DNA from: an uncultured Gammaproteobacteria bacterium | Lineage (GTDB): Bacteria > Patescibacteriota > Patescibacteriia > Magasanikbacterales > JBBTQS01 | Direction: 5' to 3' | Length of the DNA: 64,000 nucleotides | Assembly: GCA_965230935.1 (NCBI GenBank) | Contig: OZ246400.1 | Coordinates: forward strand, 87,222 to 151,221 | In this document: piece after piece, positions 55,098 to 63,117 of the stretch | Position numbering within the stretch: position 1 is the stretch's first letter | Layout: each line of letters opens with the position of its first letter | The notes under the pieces: model-generated | The model's input: the letters and a program-made list of their open reading frames with translations, nothing else | Databases searched by the model: none | What the model was told of the DNA's origin: nothing | Position numbers and translations under genes: made by a program

Positions 55098-55844
55098 TTA
55101 ATCTCTTTTTATCAACGGAATCATGTTAGCAAATATAGATGGCATATCTGTTTTCTTAACAAGGATCAGAAAATTATTCTCATGCATTTGATCATAAACT
55201 GATGGAAACAGCCAGTTTTTTCCATCAACTTTTATCATGAAAACAAATCCTCTTGGCAAGACTATTTCATAGTAACTAGCCTCATCTTTACTTTCTATTA
55301 AGCCACTTATTTGACTAATTCCTCTGACAACCTGGTTTATTTTTTTATCTGTTGACTCTTGCCTATAAACAAAGACTTGTATCTGTCTTGCGGCATCCAA
55401 GTCGTTGTCTCTTATCGCTTTTAAAAAAGTACTTTCATGGTCGCCCAAATCAACACCCCTCGCTTCTTCTCTGGCTGATATGTGAAACCTCCACAATAGC
55501 GATAGAGCGAATAGCTGAAGGTGGTCTAGGTTAGCATTTGGTAAGATTAGATACTCATTGTCTCTTACAGTTGTTCTGGTTGGCTTAGTGGATATCAAAA
55601 TATTTTTCACCGACTCATCATAGACACCGATTTTTGCATCACACTCTCTACACAATATCTTAGCATCATATGAACCATCAGGGCGTTTTTTATTCAGGGT
55701 GTCTTTGCCTACCAAAAGTACGTGGTCGTTACTTGCTTGCTTTTTTTGCTCTTTAATTACCCACTTCGGGAATAGGTGAGATTTGCATCTATTTTTTTCG
55801 TTAATCTTTACATGACACATGCGACAATAAATATCTTCTTCCAT
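55098..55844 (-). CDS. Protein with N-terminal HNH-like zinc-finger nuclease motif
   Basis: CRMCHVKINEKNRCKSHLFPKW...ILCRECDAKIG fits the Cys pair, H-h-h-P, then LCxxC-xxxG pattern of HNH endonucleases. A C-terminal domain of about 170 aa is unknown. Confidence 0.45.
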   Translation of the reverse strand: MEEDIYCRMCHVKINEKNRCKSHLFPKWVIKEQKKQASNDHVLLVGKDTLNKKRPDGSYDAKILCRECDAKIGVYDESVKNILISTKPTRTTVRDNEYLILPNANLDHLQLFALSLLWRFHISAREEARGVDLGDHESTFLKAIRDNDLDAARQIQVFVYRQESTDKKINQVVRGISQISGLIESKDEASYYEIVLPRGFVFMIKVDGKNWLFPSVYDQMHENNFLILVKKTDMPSIFANMIPLIKRD

Positions 55845-55861
55845 ATTTTTTTGTACTAGAG

Positions 55862-56488
55862 TTATGGTAGTGACTCACATGCCATACCATCTGTGTCACG
55901 ATCAAGTCCATGTATATCATGTGCGACATTGCTCAAACAACACTCATAGAGATCCTGTGCTTGTTGTTGCGTAGAAAAATCTTTGCAGTTGTAGATGTTG
56001 TTTGAGCAATTACAACTTGGCACAGGTACTTTTGTGGGAGGGGTAATAACAGGCTCATCCACTGGATCTTCGATTTCTTTCTCGATTGTAGGTAACTCTT
56101 CATTTGGTGTCTTTGTAGACTTAGTACTTTCTAGAACCTCTTTCCCAGCTTCTGTATTTAACGACTTATTATTGCTAGTTACCAGATCTTCCAATTCTAT
56201 AATTTCCTGTACGATATTTTCGATGGAGAGGGTCTTATCAGAGGTATTTTCAATTTGAATTACTTCATCGCCTAATGAAGTTTCCTTCTCCTGAATCGTA
56301 GTAAATTCTTCGTCTATTTGCTGTGCTTCTTGGATGGTACCTTCATCAATTTCTGCAACAGGTGTTTCTACCATCACTGATTTCTCAAATTGTTGAACTT
56401 CGGGTAGCGGTAGACTTCCTTGTTCACAACCAGCACCTATTAGCGAAATTGTTAGCACTATGAGTAGAATTTTTATCTTCGCAAACAT
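55862..56488 (-). CDS. Lipoprotein with C-terminal Excalibur calcium-binding domain
   Basis: Lipobox LIGAGC, then an acidic low-complexity linker, then a C-terminal [13 protein letters not shown]...[10 protein letters not shown] Excalibur-type motif. Confidence 0.6.
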   Translation of the reverse strand: MFAKIKILLIVLTISLIGAGCEQGSLPLPEVQQFEKSVMVETPVAEIDEGTIQEAQQIDEEFTTIQEKETSLGDEVIQIENTSDKTLSIENIVQEIIELEDLVTSNNKSLNTEAGKEVLESTKSTKTPNEELPTIEKEIEDPVDEPVITPPTKVPVPSCNCSNNIYNCKDFSTQQQAQDLYECCLSNVAHDIHGLDRDTDGMACESLP

Positions 56489-56546
56489 AATCTTGATGTT
56501 TGAGTATTGTCACTGTGAACGGTCGATGGTGATTGGTGGGGTTTTA

Positions 56547-57938
56547 CTACCAGAATTTTAGTTTTCTAAACAGTATCTCAATAAAAGATTCTGGCTCTTC
56601 AATTTTTGTCACACGCTCGCGTGGCTTTGCTTTTGGTCTTATCCACTCACAGGTATTACCGACTTCTTTATAGTTTTCGTCACACAACCAAACATCTGTG
56701 GTACTTTCTACAGCATGAGCGTGTTCTGGTATCATTACACAGAATTTTTTATTAAGAGATGGTGCGTATCCGTCTTCACAATTCAATGTTGTCGGTTTAT
56801 TAAAAGGCTTTGCTGCTGGCCTCTCCTTCAAGACATTTGTGTCTTTAACAACTTCCTCGATTTTTATTTGTGGATTCTGCAGTTCAATTACTGACTCTGT
56901 AATTGTATTATCATAATTGATTAAATCAATAACAATATCATTTTCTTCCTCCTCCTCAACACAATAATCGTTCTTAAATATATATCCATCACGACAGACA
57001 CACTCTTTTAACCAGGAGTCATATTCTGAATGATATCCATACCGATCACTACAGTAATCGCTAGCACCGATACATTTTTGTGAAGTGCTGTCAAATAAAT
57101 ATTCACTTTTACACCCGCATGTATCTCCAAGTACCGTAGCTTCAGAATAATAACCGTAAAGATTTTGGCAGTAATCGTCGTTGCTTATGCATTTCGTAAC
57201 ACTCTCATTAAATCTATACCCGTACTTACATTCACATTTGTCTCCTGCGAGATTCGATTTTGCATTGTAACCGTATGTATTTTTACATGAATCATCAACA
57301 CTGATGCACTTTGTTCCGTGGCTATTGAACACGTAACCATAGTTACATTCACAAGTTTTGTCTACTGAGTTGAAATTGGATCCGTAACCATACTCTTGCG
57401 TGCAATAGCTACTACCTAGAATACAAGATTCACCACCGAAAGTGCCTGTATCGACGACGTAGCCATAGTTGCACTTGCAATCCCCACTCAGAGAGTTATA
57501 TGTCGAATTGAGGGGGCAGTTAGGTTGCTGGTCTAGGTAGAAGTTTCCGAAATTATAGTTTGAGTAAGTATCGTAATTATTACCAGGTTGGTTAGATTCG
57601 TAGAGACTCTTACCAGTGTAATAATCAGGGTCTGTTATGTATGTTGGTGTATCCCAATAGGTATCTCTTGTCCCGTAGGAATCGTTGTAAAGTCCCTGGC
57701 TGGGCTTCCATCCGTAGTTATCGTACTTTAAGCCATTTGGGTTGCTCCTGACGTGTGGTTTGACATATGTTCCATCACTTCTGTAGTAACCCTTTACAGA
57801 GACATATGCATCTGCTGTAAGTGGTGAGAATATGGTGGATGTCGCTACGATTAGGACGACGACTGTGAATTTTAATATGTTGCTATTCATAATTTCTCTA
57901 TCAATCATAGTATCTAATAGTAATGCAATTCGAGTCAA
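56547..57938 (-). CDS. Secreted Cys-rich tandem-repeat protein
   Basis: Signal peptide, a Tyr/Asn/Asp-rich region, then five tandem modules of about 37 aa (C-x-C-x-YGY-x-F...KCI-x-DD-x-C-x-N-x-YGY). The C-terminus has additional Cys pairs. Confidence 0.6.
   Translation of the reverse strand: MTRIALLLDTMIDREIMNSNILKFTVVVLIVATSTIFSPLTADAYVSVKGYYRSDGTYVKPHVRSNPNGLKYDNYGWKPSQGLYNDSYGTRDTYWDTPTYITDPDYYTGKSLYESNQPGNNYDTYSNYNFGNFYLDQQPNCPLNSTYNSLSGDCKCNYGYVVDTGTFGGESCILGSSYCTQEYGYGSNFNSVDKTCECNYGYVFNSHGTKCISVDDSCKNTYGYNAKSNLAGDKCECKYGYRFNESVTKCISNDDYCQNLYGYYSEATVLGDTCGCKSEYLFDSTSQKCIGASDYCSDRYGYHSEYDSWLKECVCRDGYIFKNDYCVEEEEENDIVIDLINYDNTITESVIELQNPQIKIEEVVKDTNVLKERPAAKPFNKPTTLNCEDGYAPSLNKKFCVMIPEHAHAVESTTDVWLCDENYKEVGNTCEWIRPKAKPRERVTKIEEPESFIEILFRKLKFW
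56963..57500 (-). repeat. Tandem repeats of about 111 bp encoding the Cys-rich modules
   Basis: Recurring gtaaccgta/gtaaccata and acattcaca blocks at the nucleotide level. Five copies at the protein level. Confidence 0.55.
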
Positions 57939-57982
57939 TATCTATATCAGAATATCCAAGAGCTTCATCTACAAAATTTTGA

Positions 57983-59392
57983 CTAAAACCTACCTAAGGC
58001 TGTGGCATTTTCAAAAAATGTATCATGGACGACCGCTTTAATTAGTAGGTCGATCTTGTTTGTGATCTCTCCTTCCTCTATCTTTTGCGTTGCATACTCT
58101 TTATCATTCTCACTAAAAATGAAGTGGCCACTTAGTGAGAATGAATTAGTAGGAATAAGAAAGAAATTTTCAATCAAATTATCACCGTCTTTATCTACAC
58201 CAACTCCGAGTATATAGTCATATTTCCTTGCAGAATCGGGTATTGAAAAACACCAGTGCTTATTCCGTGAATTTTCGGCACTATAAAATGCAACACTCGA
58301 ATATACAGGTAAGTTTTTCAATACAAAATAGATACCTTCCTCATCAATTCGTTTCTCAAGTAAATATTCCTCTAGATCTTTTCTTAGTTGCTTTTCGGCT
58401 TTTCTGATTTTGTATACCCCCTTGTTTGAGCGTGAAGGTAGTAGCCAATACAGTTTTTCCTGTACTCTATAAAACATTTCGTCATTGATGATTGGTTCAA
58501 ATGCCTTCTCTACGATTACCCAATCTTTTCTTTGATTTCGTCTGTAGCCACGTTTTAGTTTGTTACTAGTTTTGTTATACAAAAGAGTGCCTCTGTACGT
58601 TTCATTTGAGAGTACGTGAACTATTTTGGAGCTATTCCATTCTCCGCCACCAGGAGATTTAATGCCTTGGTTATCTAGACCACGTGCGATTTCGTTAGGT
58701 GAGGTGTTATCTAAGTCAAAAAGTTTAAAAATCTTTTTAACAGTTTCTGTAGATTCATCATTGGCAGGAACAAAGACTATTCTCCCATTTGCCAGAGCTT
58801 TTCTTTGCCCTTTTTTTAGAATGCGTTCAGGTTGTTTTTGTTCGTCCAAGAGGAGTCTTGCGTAACCATAAGGCGCAATTCCACCGACAGAGTAACCTTT
58901 TGATGTTATCTTGATACATCCATTAAAAACTTTTTTACTCAAATCTCTACTATATTCTGATGCAGATGCACGCTTAAGACTTCTAATCACTCCTGAAAAT
59001 GTCTGGTTGTCATCTTCTTTGGGAAACGGTTCCGAAGTATACAGAACTTTCTTTCCATGCTCTTTACATACAAATTCATAATGACCAGCTTCATTACTGT
59101 CGTCGAATCTGCCCCAACGAGAATCGTCGTATACTAACACATAATCAAACTCAGGTGCGTTGGGATTCTTTACCCAATCATTTATGAGTGATTGAAAACC
59201 AGGTCTGTCAGCCACAAGCCCAGTGTGCTTATCTTCTAAAGAATGGATGATCTCAACGTTATTTTGGTCGGCGTACTCTTTGGCAGCATCTTGCTGAATC
59301 TCAATCGAGTACTCTTGCATATCACGAGTCGACCTGCGACTATATGAAATTGCCTTTTTGGATTGACTCTCTCTAAACAACTGCCTAGCCAT
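57983..59392 (-). CDS. Large serine recombinase (resolvase/integrase family)
   Basis: N-terminal resolvase catalytic motif AISYSRRSTRDMQEYSIEIQ, then a recombinase domain (GYSVGGIAPYGY) and a long C-terminal region. Length 469 aa. Confidence 0.75.
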   Translation of the reverse strand: MARQLFRESQSKKAISYSRRSTRDMQEYSIEIQQDAAKEYADQNNVEIIHSLEDKHTGLVADRPGFQSLINDWVKNPNAPEFDYVLVYDDSRWGRFDDSNEAGHYEFVCKEHGKKVLYTSEPFPKEDDNQTFSGVIRSLKRASASEYSRDLSKKVFNGCIKITSKGYSVGGIAPYGYARLLLDEQKQPERILKKGQRKALANGRIVFVPANDESTETVKKIFKLFDLDNTSPNEIARGLDNQGIKSPGGGEWNSSKIVHVLSNETYRGTLLYNKTSNKLKRGYRRNQRKDWVIVEKAFEPIINDEMFYRVQEKLYWLLPSRSNKGVYKIRKAEKQLRKDLEEYLLEKRIDEEGIYFVLKNLPVYSSVAFYSAENSRNKHWCFSIPDSARKYDYILGVGVDKDGDNLIENFFLIPTNSFSLSGHFIFSENDKEYATQKIEEGEITNKIDLLIKAVVHDTFFENATALGRF

Positions 59393-59396
59393 ACTC

Positions 59397-60341
59397 TTAC
59401 AGCACTGTGTCGGTTACTTCTTTCAACTCAGAGAGGGCAACTTTCTCTTTTTCCTCGAAGCCCTTACCTTTTTGGAGTCTTTTTGCTATGGATCGGGTCA
59501 ATTCCTCAATTTGCAATGAGAGACCTGACAAGATAGTATTTTCAGCGAGTTGCTTAACTCCCATGTCGTCATTTTTCAAGAACTGTAATAGCTCTTTCTT
59601 GTTGGCTTCTGTGCGCTTCACAACGCGGCTGATCGTTCGATATTCCTTTGCTGAGTTAATTACCTCATGTCGTGTTTTGTAAAAAATGCGATCTACGACA
59701 TCTTTAATCTTAAACTCGTCTATGTCTCGAATTTTCGGGTATAGTTTTACGAATTCAACTATGTAGGATTCCTCATCGAGAAGTTCGTATTTCCTTAGAA
59801 GGTTCATGTACCTCTCTTCAATCTTTTTTAGATTAAGTGAATTCGTAACAACAGTGCTGGACATGTTAAGTGCTTTTGCTATTTCCTTAGGCTTCATGCC
59901 TGTTTCTTCGCGGATAGTGTTTAGTGCAGCAGAACGCTCTAAAGGTTTCCAAGAGCGTCTGTTGTTCTGTGCTTCATATCTGATCAATTCCAAATCACCC
60001 TTACTTGTATTTTTAGGTAAGACCTTACATGCAAGTTCTTCAATTTTTAGCTTCTTGGCAGAGCGAAATCTGCGATGACCATCTAAGATGAGGTAGGTAT
60101 CATTGCCTCTATCCAGTACCAGCAAATCTCGAAGAACACCCCATTTTTTGATGGATTCCAAAATTCTATTTTTATCTCCGTCAAGACCGAAGTCTCTTCG
60201 TGGTTGCTTCTTGTCTTCCACTAACTGCGAAGTTTTGAGTATTTTTTGCTTGATAACTTTTTCATTCATAGAAAACTCTTTTGAACGTAACTTCCTTCTT
60301 GGATTAGGAAAAACCCTATCATAAGGGTTCAAAAAAGTCAA
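59397..60341 (-). CDS. ParB-like nuclease/partition domain protein
   Basis: LILDGHRRFRSA matches the ParB/Srx GxxR-DGHHR-type motif. Possible HTH in the middle. The start is ambiguous (TTG at 60341 or ATG at 60269). Confidence 0.6.
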   Translation of the reverse strand: MTFLNPYDRVFPNPRRKLRSKEFSMNEKVIKQKILKTSQLVEDKKQPRRDFGLDGDKNRILESIKKWGVLRDLLVLDRGNDTYLILDGHRRFRSAKKLKIEELACKVLPKNTSKGDLELIRYEAQNNRRSWKPLERSAALNTIREETGMKPKEIAKALNMSSTVVTNSLNLKKIEERYMNLLRKYELLDEESYIVEFVKLYPKIRDIDEFKIKDVVDRIFYKTRHEVINSAKEYRTISRVVKRTEANKKELLQFLKNDDMGVKQLAENTILSGLSLQIEELTRSIAKRLQKGKGFEEKEKVALSELKEVTDTVL

Positions 60342-60355
60342 CTCATTGAGTTGAC
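60337..60355. promoter_or_regulatory. Perfect 9-1-9 palindrome at the parB-like 5-prime end (candidate operator or parS-like site)
   Basis: GTCAACTCA-T-TGAGTTGAC. Confidence 0.35.
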
Positions 60356-60480
60356 GTACTATGAATAATAGTCAATTTTGACTAAAATTAGTTTTTTCTA
60401 GTAAAGAGAGAGTTTATTTTTATGAGTTGGTAATCCTAATTACATCTTCCACAACTGATAATTTTTGCAAGCACACATCT

Positions 60481-61122
60481 TTATTTTCCCCATGTTATCT
60501 CATATTCTTTCATCATCCTCTTTTGTTCTTTTTTTGCTCTTGGATCTACAATCAATACCACTTCGTCGTCACATGTTCTTACTTTGTCGAGTTTTTGCTG
60601 GGCTAACTTTCTTCCGTGGTCTATTTGGTATTTACCATTCAATACATTCATATAAATCTGCTTCATTATATCCAAGTTGTTGTAAAGAATGCTTCTTAAA
60701 AGTTTACCTCTAGCCAGGTCTTCTATAGCTTCTACTAGATTCTTGCTGGGTTCAAATTTACCCTCTTTATCACTGTCTATAAATTCATTCAATTCCTTAG
60801 CTTCTAAATTTCTCGCTAACTTTAAGCGCTCAATATGTTCCCGCTCTGATATTTCATAATCTCTAACCATGTTTTGTAGGTCCAAATTTTTCGTGCCAGA
60901 AGTTGAGTTTATATCATTGTAAAAAATGTTTAACAAAAATAGTGGCGCAGATAGGTTTTTTATCTCAAAAATAATTTCTCTCAGGCTTTGGTATCCGTCT
61001 TTATGTCTTCGGTTACTGTCCATCCTGTTGAGTTTCTTTTCTAATCGTCCAATACTTGTAAAGACAAAACGATATAGGAGGTAAAGAAACATAATGATAA
61101 TTAGGAATTGTAGTGTACTCAT
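60481..61122 (-). CDS. Hypothetical N-terminally membrane-anchored protein
   Basis: One TM helix, then a charged helical domain. It is the first gene of the minus-strand operon. Length 213 aa. Confidence 0.45.
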   Translation of the reverse strand: MSTLQFLIIIMFLYLLYRFVFTSIGRLEKKLNRMDSNRRHKDGYQSLREIIFEIKNLSAPLFLLNIFYNDINSTSGTKNLDLQNMVRDYEISEREHIERLKLARNLEAKELNEFIDSDKEGKFEPSKNLVEAIEDLARGKLLRSILYNNLDIMKQIYMNVLNGKYQIDHGRKLAQQKLDKVRTCDDEVVLIVDPRAKKEQKRMMKEYEITWGK

Positions 61123-61327
61123 AATTGTCCTGTGTTAGTTATTCTGTCTGCTTATTTGAGTTTTGCTGCCTAATCAAAAAAGGACAGCCACGGTCTAGCC
61201 ACAAATTTGTCTGCACAGGGCATCCAATTGTGGACGTGACTGCCCATCTTTACGCACAATTGCGAAAATAAGGACAGATCCCTGTGGTTTAAATTTGTAG
61301 CTAGACATTGCAGTTATAACAGAAAAC
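61123..61327. promoter_or_regulatory. Divergent control region of the mobile/replicon module
   Basis: It separates a leftward and a rightward operon. It holds several GGACAG/CTGTCC half-sites and three ACAATTGT-like palindromic motifs (ccacaaatttgt, ccaattgtgg, gcacaattgcg). Confidence 0.4.
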
Positions 61328-61345
61328 TTGCAAAAAATCAAAGAA

Positions 61346-62101
61346 ATGCAATACTGGATTCGTATGCATAAAGATGATGATACAAAAATAAGGCAGGAGG
61401 CCTATACTATTTTGAGGAAGATGGTTGATATCGTCGAGAATGAACAGTGGTCTCTGGTTTTACTTCCAGAAGCGAATGGTGTGGTTGTCACTGGCGATAG
61501 TTTGGTCCTACAGCATGGCTATACAATTCAGCATGAATTTGATAGTGCAGGAGTCGTAAGCTATGTGAATGATTACGTGGATGGGATCAGTAAGCTAAAT
61601 GAGCTTTCATTTGTTACAACAACATTGGTGGATATTAGTGATCGTCCGATGACTTCCCCGACCCTCAAGTACAATTGCAATTTCCAGATTTCCGATATGA
61701 GAAAAGCAAAAGAGAAGTTAAGGGGTTTAAGCAGAGAGTACATTTCAAAAATATCTGATGAGAGCGGAGATGGTAATCGGGCTATTGAAGTCTATTACAT
61801 TCCAAAAAAACGTAATGGGTATGTTCATTTCAAAGGTGAAGAGATTATGCGTTTCGGTGGTCGCAGAGGGTTAATCCTTGAATTCTTTTTCCAGAGAAGA
61901 GAAACTAATAGATATTATTCTGCATACGATATGGCGGCAGCGAGCATAAACATAACACCTGGAAGGCTCAGCGATGAGATAAAGGAAATTAACAGGCTGT
62001 TTTGGCGTGAAACAGATATTGAGATGTTGATTCAAAGTAGGCGCTATTGCGAGGGTCGAGAGTTGCCGAAAAAATTGGACGAGTATCGTTGGGCGCTTTA
62101 A
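61346..62101 (+). CDS. Hypothetical protein
   Basis: About 250 aa, no recognised motif. The ATG at 61346 is preferred over the TTG at 61328. Confidence 0.45.
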   Translation: MQYWIRMHKDDDTKIRQEAYTILRKMVDIVENEQWSLVLLPEANGVVVTGDSLVLQHGYTIQHEFDSAGVVSYVNDYVDGISKLNELSFVTTTLVDISDRPMTSPTLKYNCNFQISDMRKAKEKLRGLSREYISKISDESGDGNRAIEVYYIPKKRNGYVHFKGEEIMRFGGRRGLILEFFFQRRETNRYYSAYDMAAASINITPGRLSDEIKEINRLFWRETDIEMLIQSRRYCEGRELPKKLDEYRWAL

Positions 62102-62241
62102 GCGCTATCGTGTCAGTATCCTGTTAATAAGTAGTTAAAACCAGTTATTTTACTGGTCTTTTTTGTATGGAGAACGATGACAAGACGATGAAAAAATTTG
62201 TGTAAAGATAAAGACATCGGAATTGCAAATAGTGCAATGTT

Positions 62242-62397
62242 CAAATGTTGATCCAGATGTCAATACCTCCAAAGTTAATTCAAGAATTTCAAAAATTGTA
62301 TGAGGCAAGATTTGGTATTGAGCTCTCAGAGAAGGAAGCTTTGGAGAAAGGAACACAGCTGATCTTGCTGATGCGTGCCGTTTACAAACCTACTAAA
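62242..62397 (+). CDS. Small helical protein (unannotated ORF, possible regulator)
   Basis: 51 codons MLIQMSIPPKLIQEFQKLYEARFGIELSEKEALEKGTQLILLMRAVYKPTK. Helical and amphipathic. It sits directly upstream of the primase-like gene. Confidence 0.25.
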
Positions 62398-62402
62398 TAA
62401 GT

Positions 62403-63113
62403 ATGGTACAGGAAACTCACACAATTCAAGATCCAAGGACACGCAGTGCACGGAGAAAATTGCCAGAGACAGAATTCCTTTGGTCGTGGCGCTTGTCACG
62501 TGGATATTTGTACGAGACTGATCAGGAAATTGAGCAGTCGGAGAATACAGTGGGGCATTTGGAAAAAATACGAAAAAAGAATCGGCGCAGATTCACAGAC
62601 AGGGAATTATTTGCCTTGTTTCCTGAGGCAAAGGACATGATTTTGGAACTTATAACCACAATGTTGGTGGAGCGGAAGTCAGTTGTTGCAAGGATCAAGG
62701 TTGCACTTAGAAACGCTACTACGGAGGATCAGCGTTCGAGAGTAAGGCTTGAGGGAGAGAGGAAGTTAAAAGAGGTGGATGGTCATCTAAATCGACTAAG
62801 GAGGCAATGGCGTTTCATCAAATATGAGAAGCCTGACAAAACTGGGTCTGATCGCATTGATCAGGCGGCCATAGAGCAAGCAAAAGAGGTACCAATACAA
62901 GATTTCTTGGACGTTGAGTTCAAGCAAGTTGGAAATAAGCTTCTCGCGTCTTGTCCACTGCATAATGAACGGACACCCTCTTTCTATGTGTATCAAGATA
63001 CAAATACCGCGTGGTGTTATGGGTGCCAGCAAGGTGGTGATTCAATCACAATTGCAAAGTTGACACATGGGTATTCATTTCAGGAGGCCGTGGCCTTCCT
63101 AATAAACAAGTAA
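62403..63113 (+). CDS. Protein with C-terminal CHC2 primase-type zinc finger
   Basis: CPLHNERTPSFYVYQDTNTAWCYGCQQGGDSI matches the DnaG/P4-alpha CHC2 zinc-ribbon pattern CP.H.E.TPSF...C.GC..GGD. No TOPRIM domain within the 236 aa. Confidence 0.55.
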   Translation: MVQETHTIQDPRTRSARRKLPETEFLWSWRLSRGYLYETDQEIEQSENTVGHLEKIRKKNRRRFTDRELFALFPEAKDMILELITTMLVERKSVVARIKVALRNATTEDQRSRVRLEGERKLKEVDGHLNRLRRQWRFIKYEKPDKTGSDRIDQAAIEQAKEVPIQDFLDVEFKQVGNKLLASCPLHNERTPSFYVYQDTNTAWCYGCQQGGDSITIAKLTHGYSFQEAVAFLINK

Positions 63114-63117
63114 GTGT

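Noticed and set aside
57975-60388. A 14-bp direct repeat AATTTTGACTAAAA at 57975 and 60375, bracketing the serine recombinase and ParB-like genes, considered as possible att sites
   Set aside because: About 7-8 identical 14-mer pairs are expected by chance in 64 kb of AT-rich DNA. The repeats would enclose only the recombinase and ParB genes, which is not a sensible element. More likely coincidence, or a -35-like TTGACT element.
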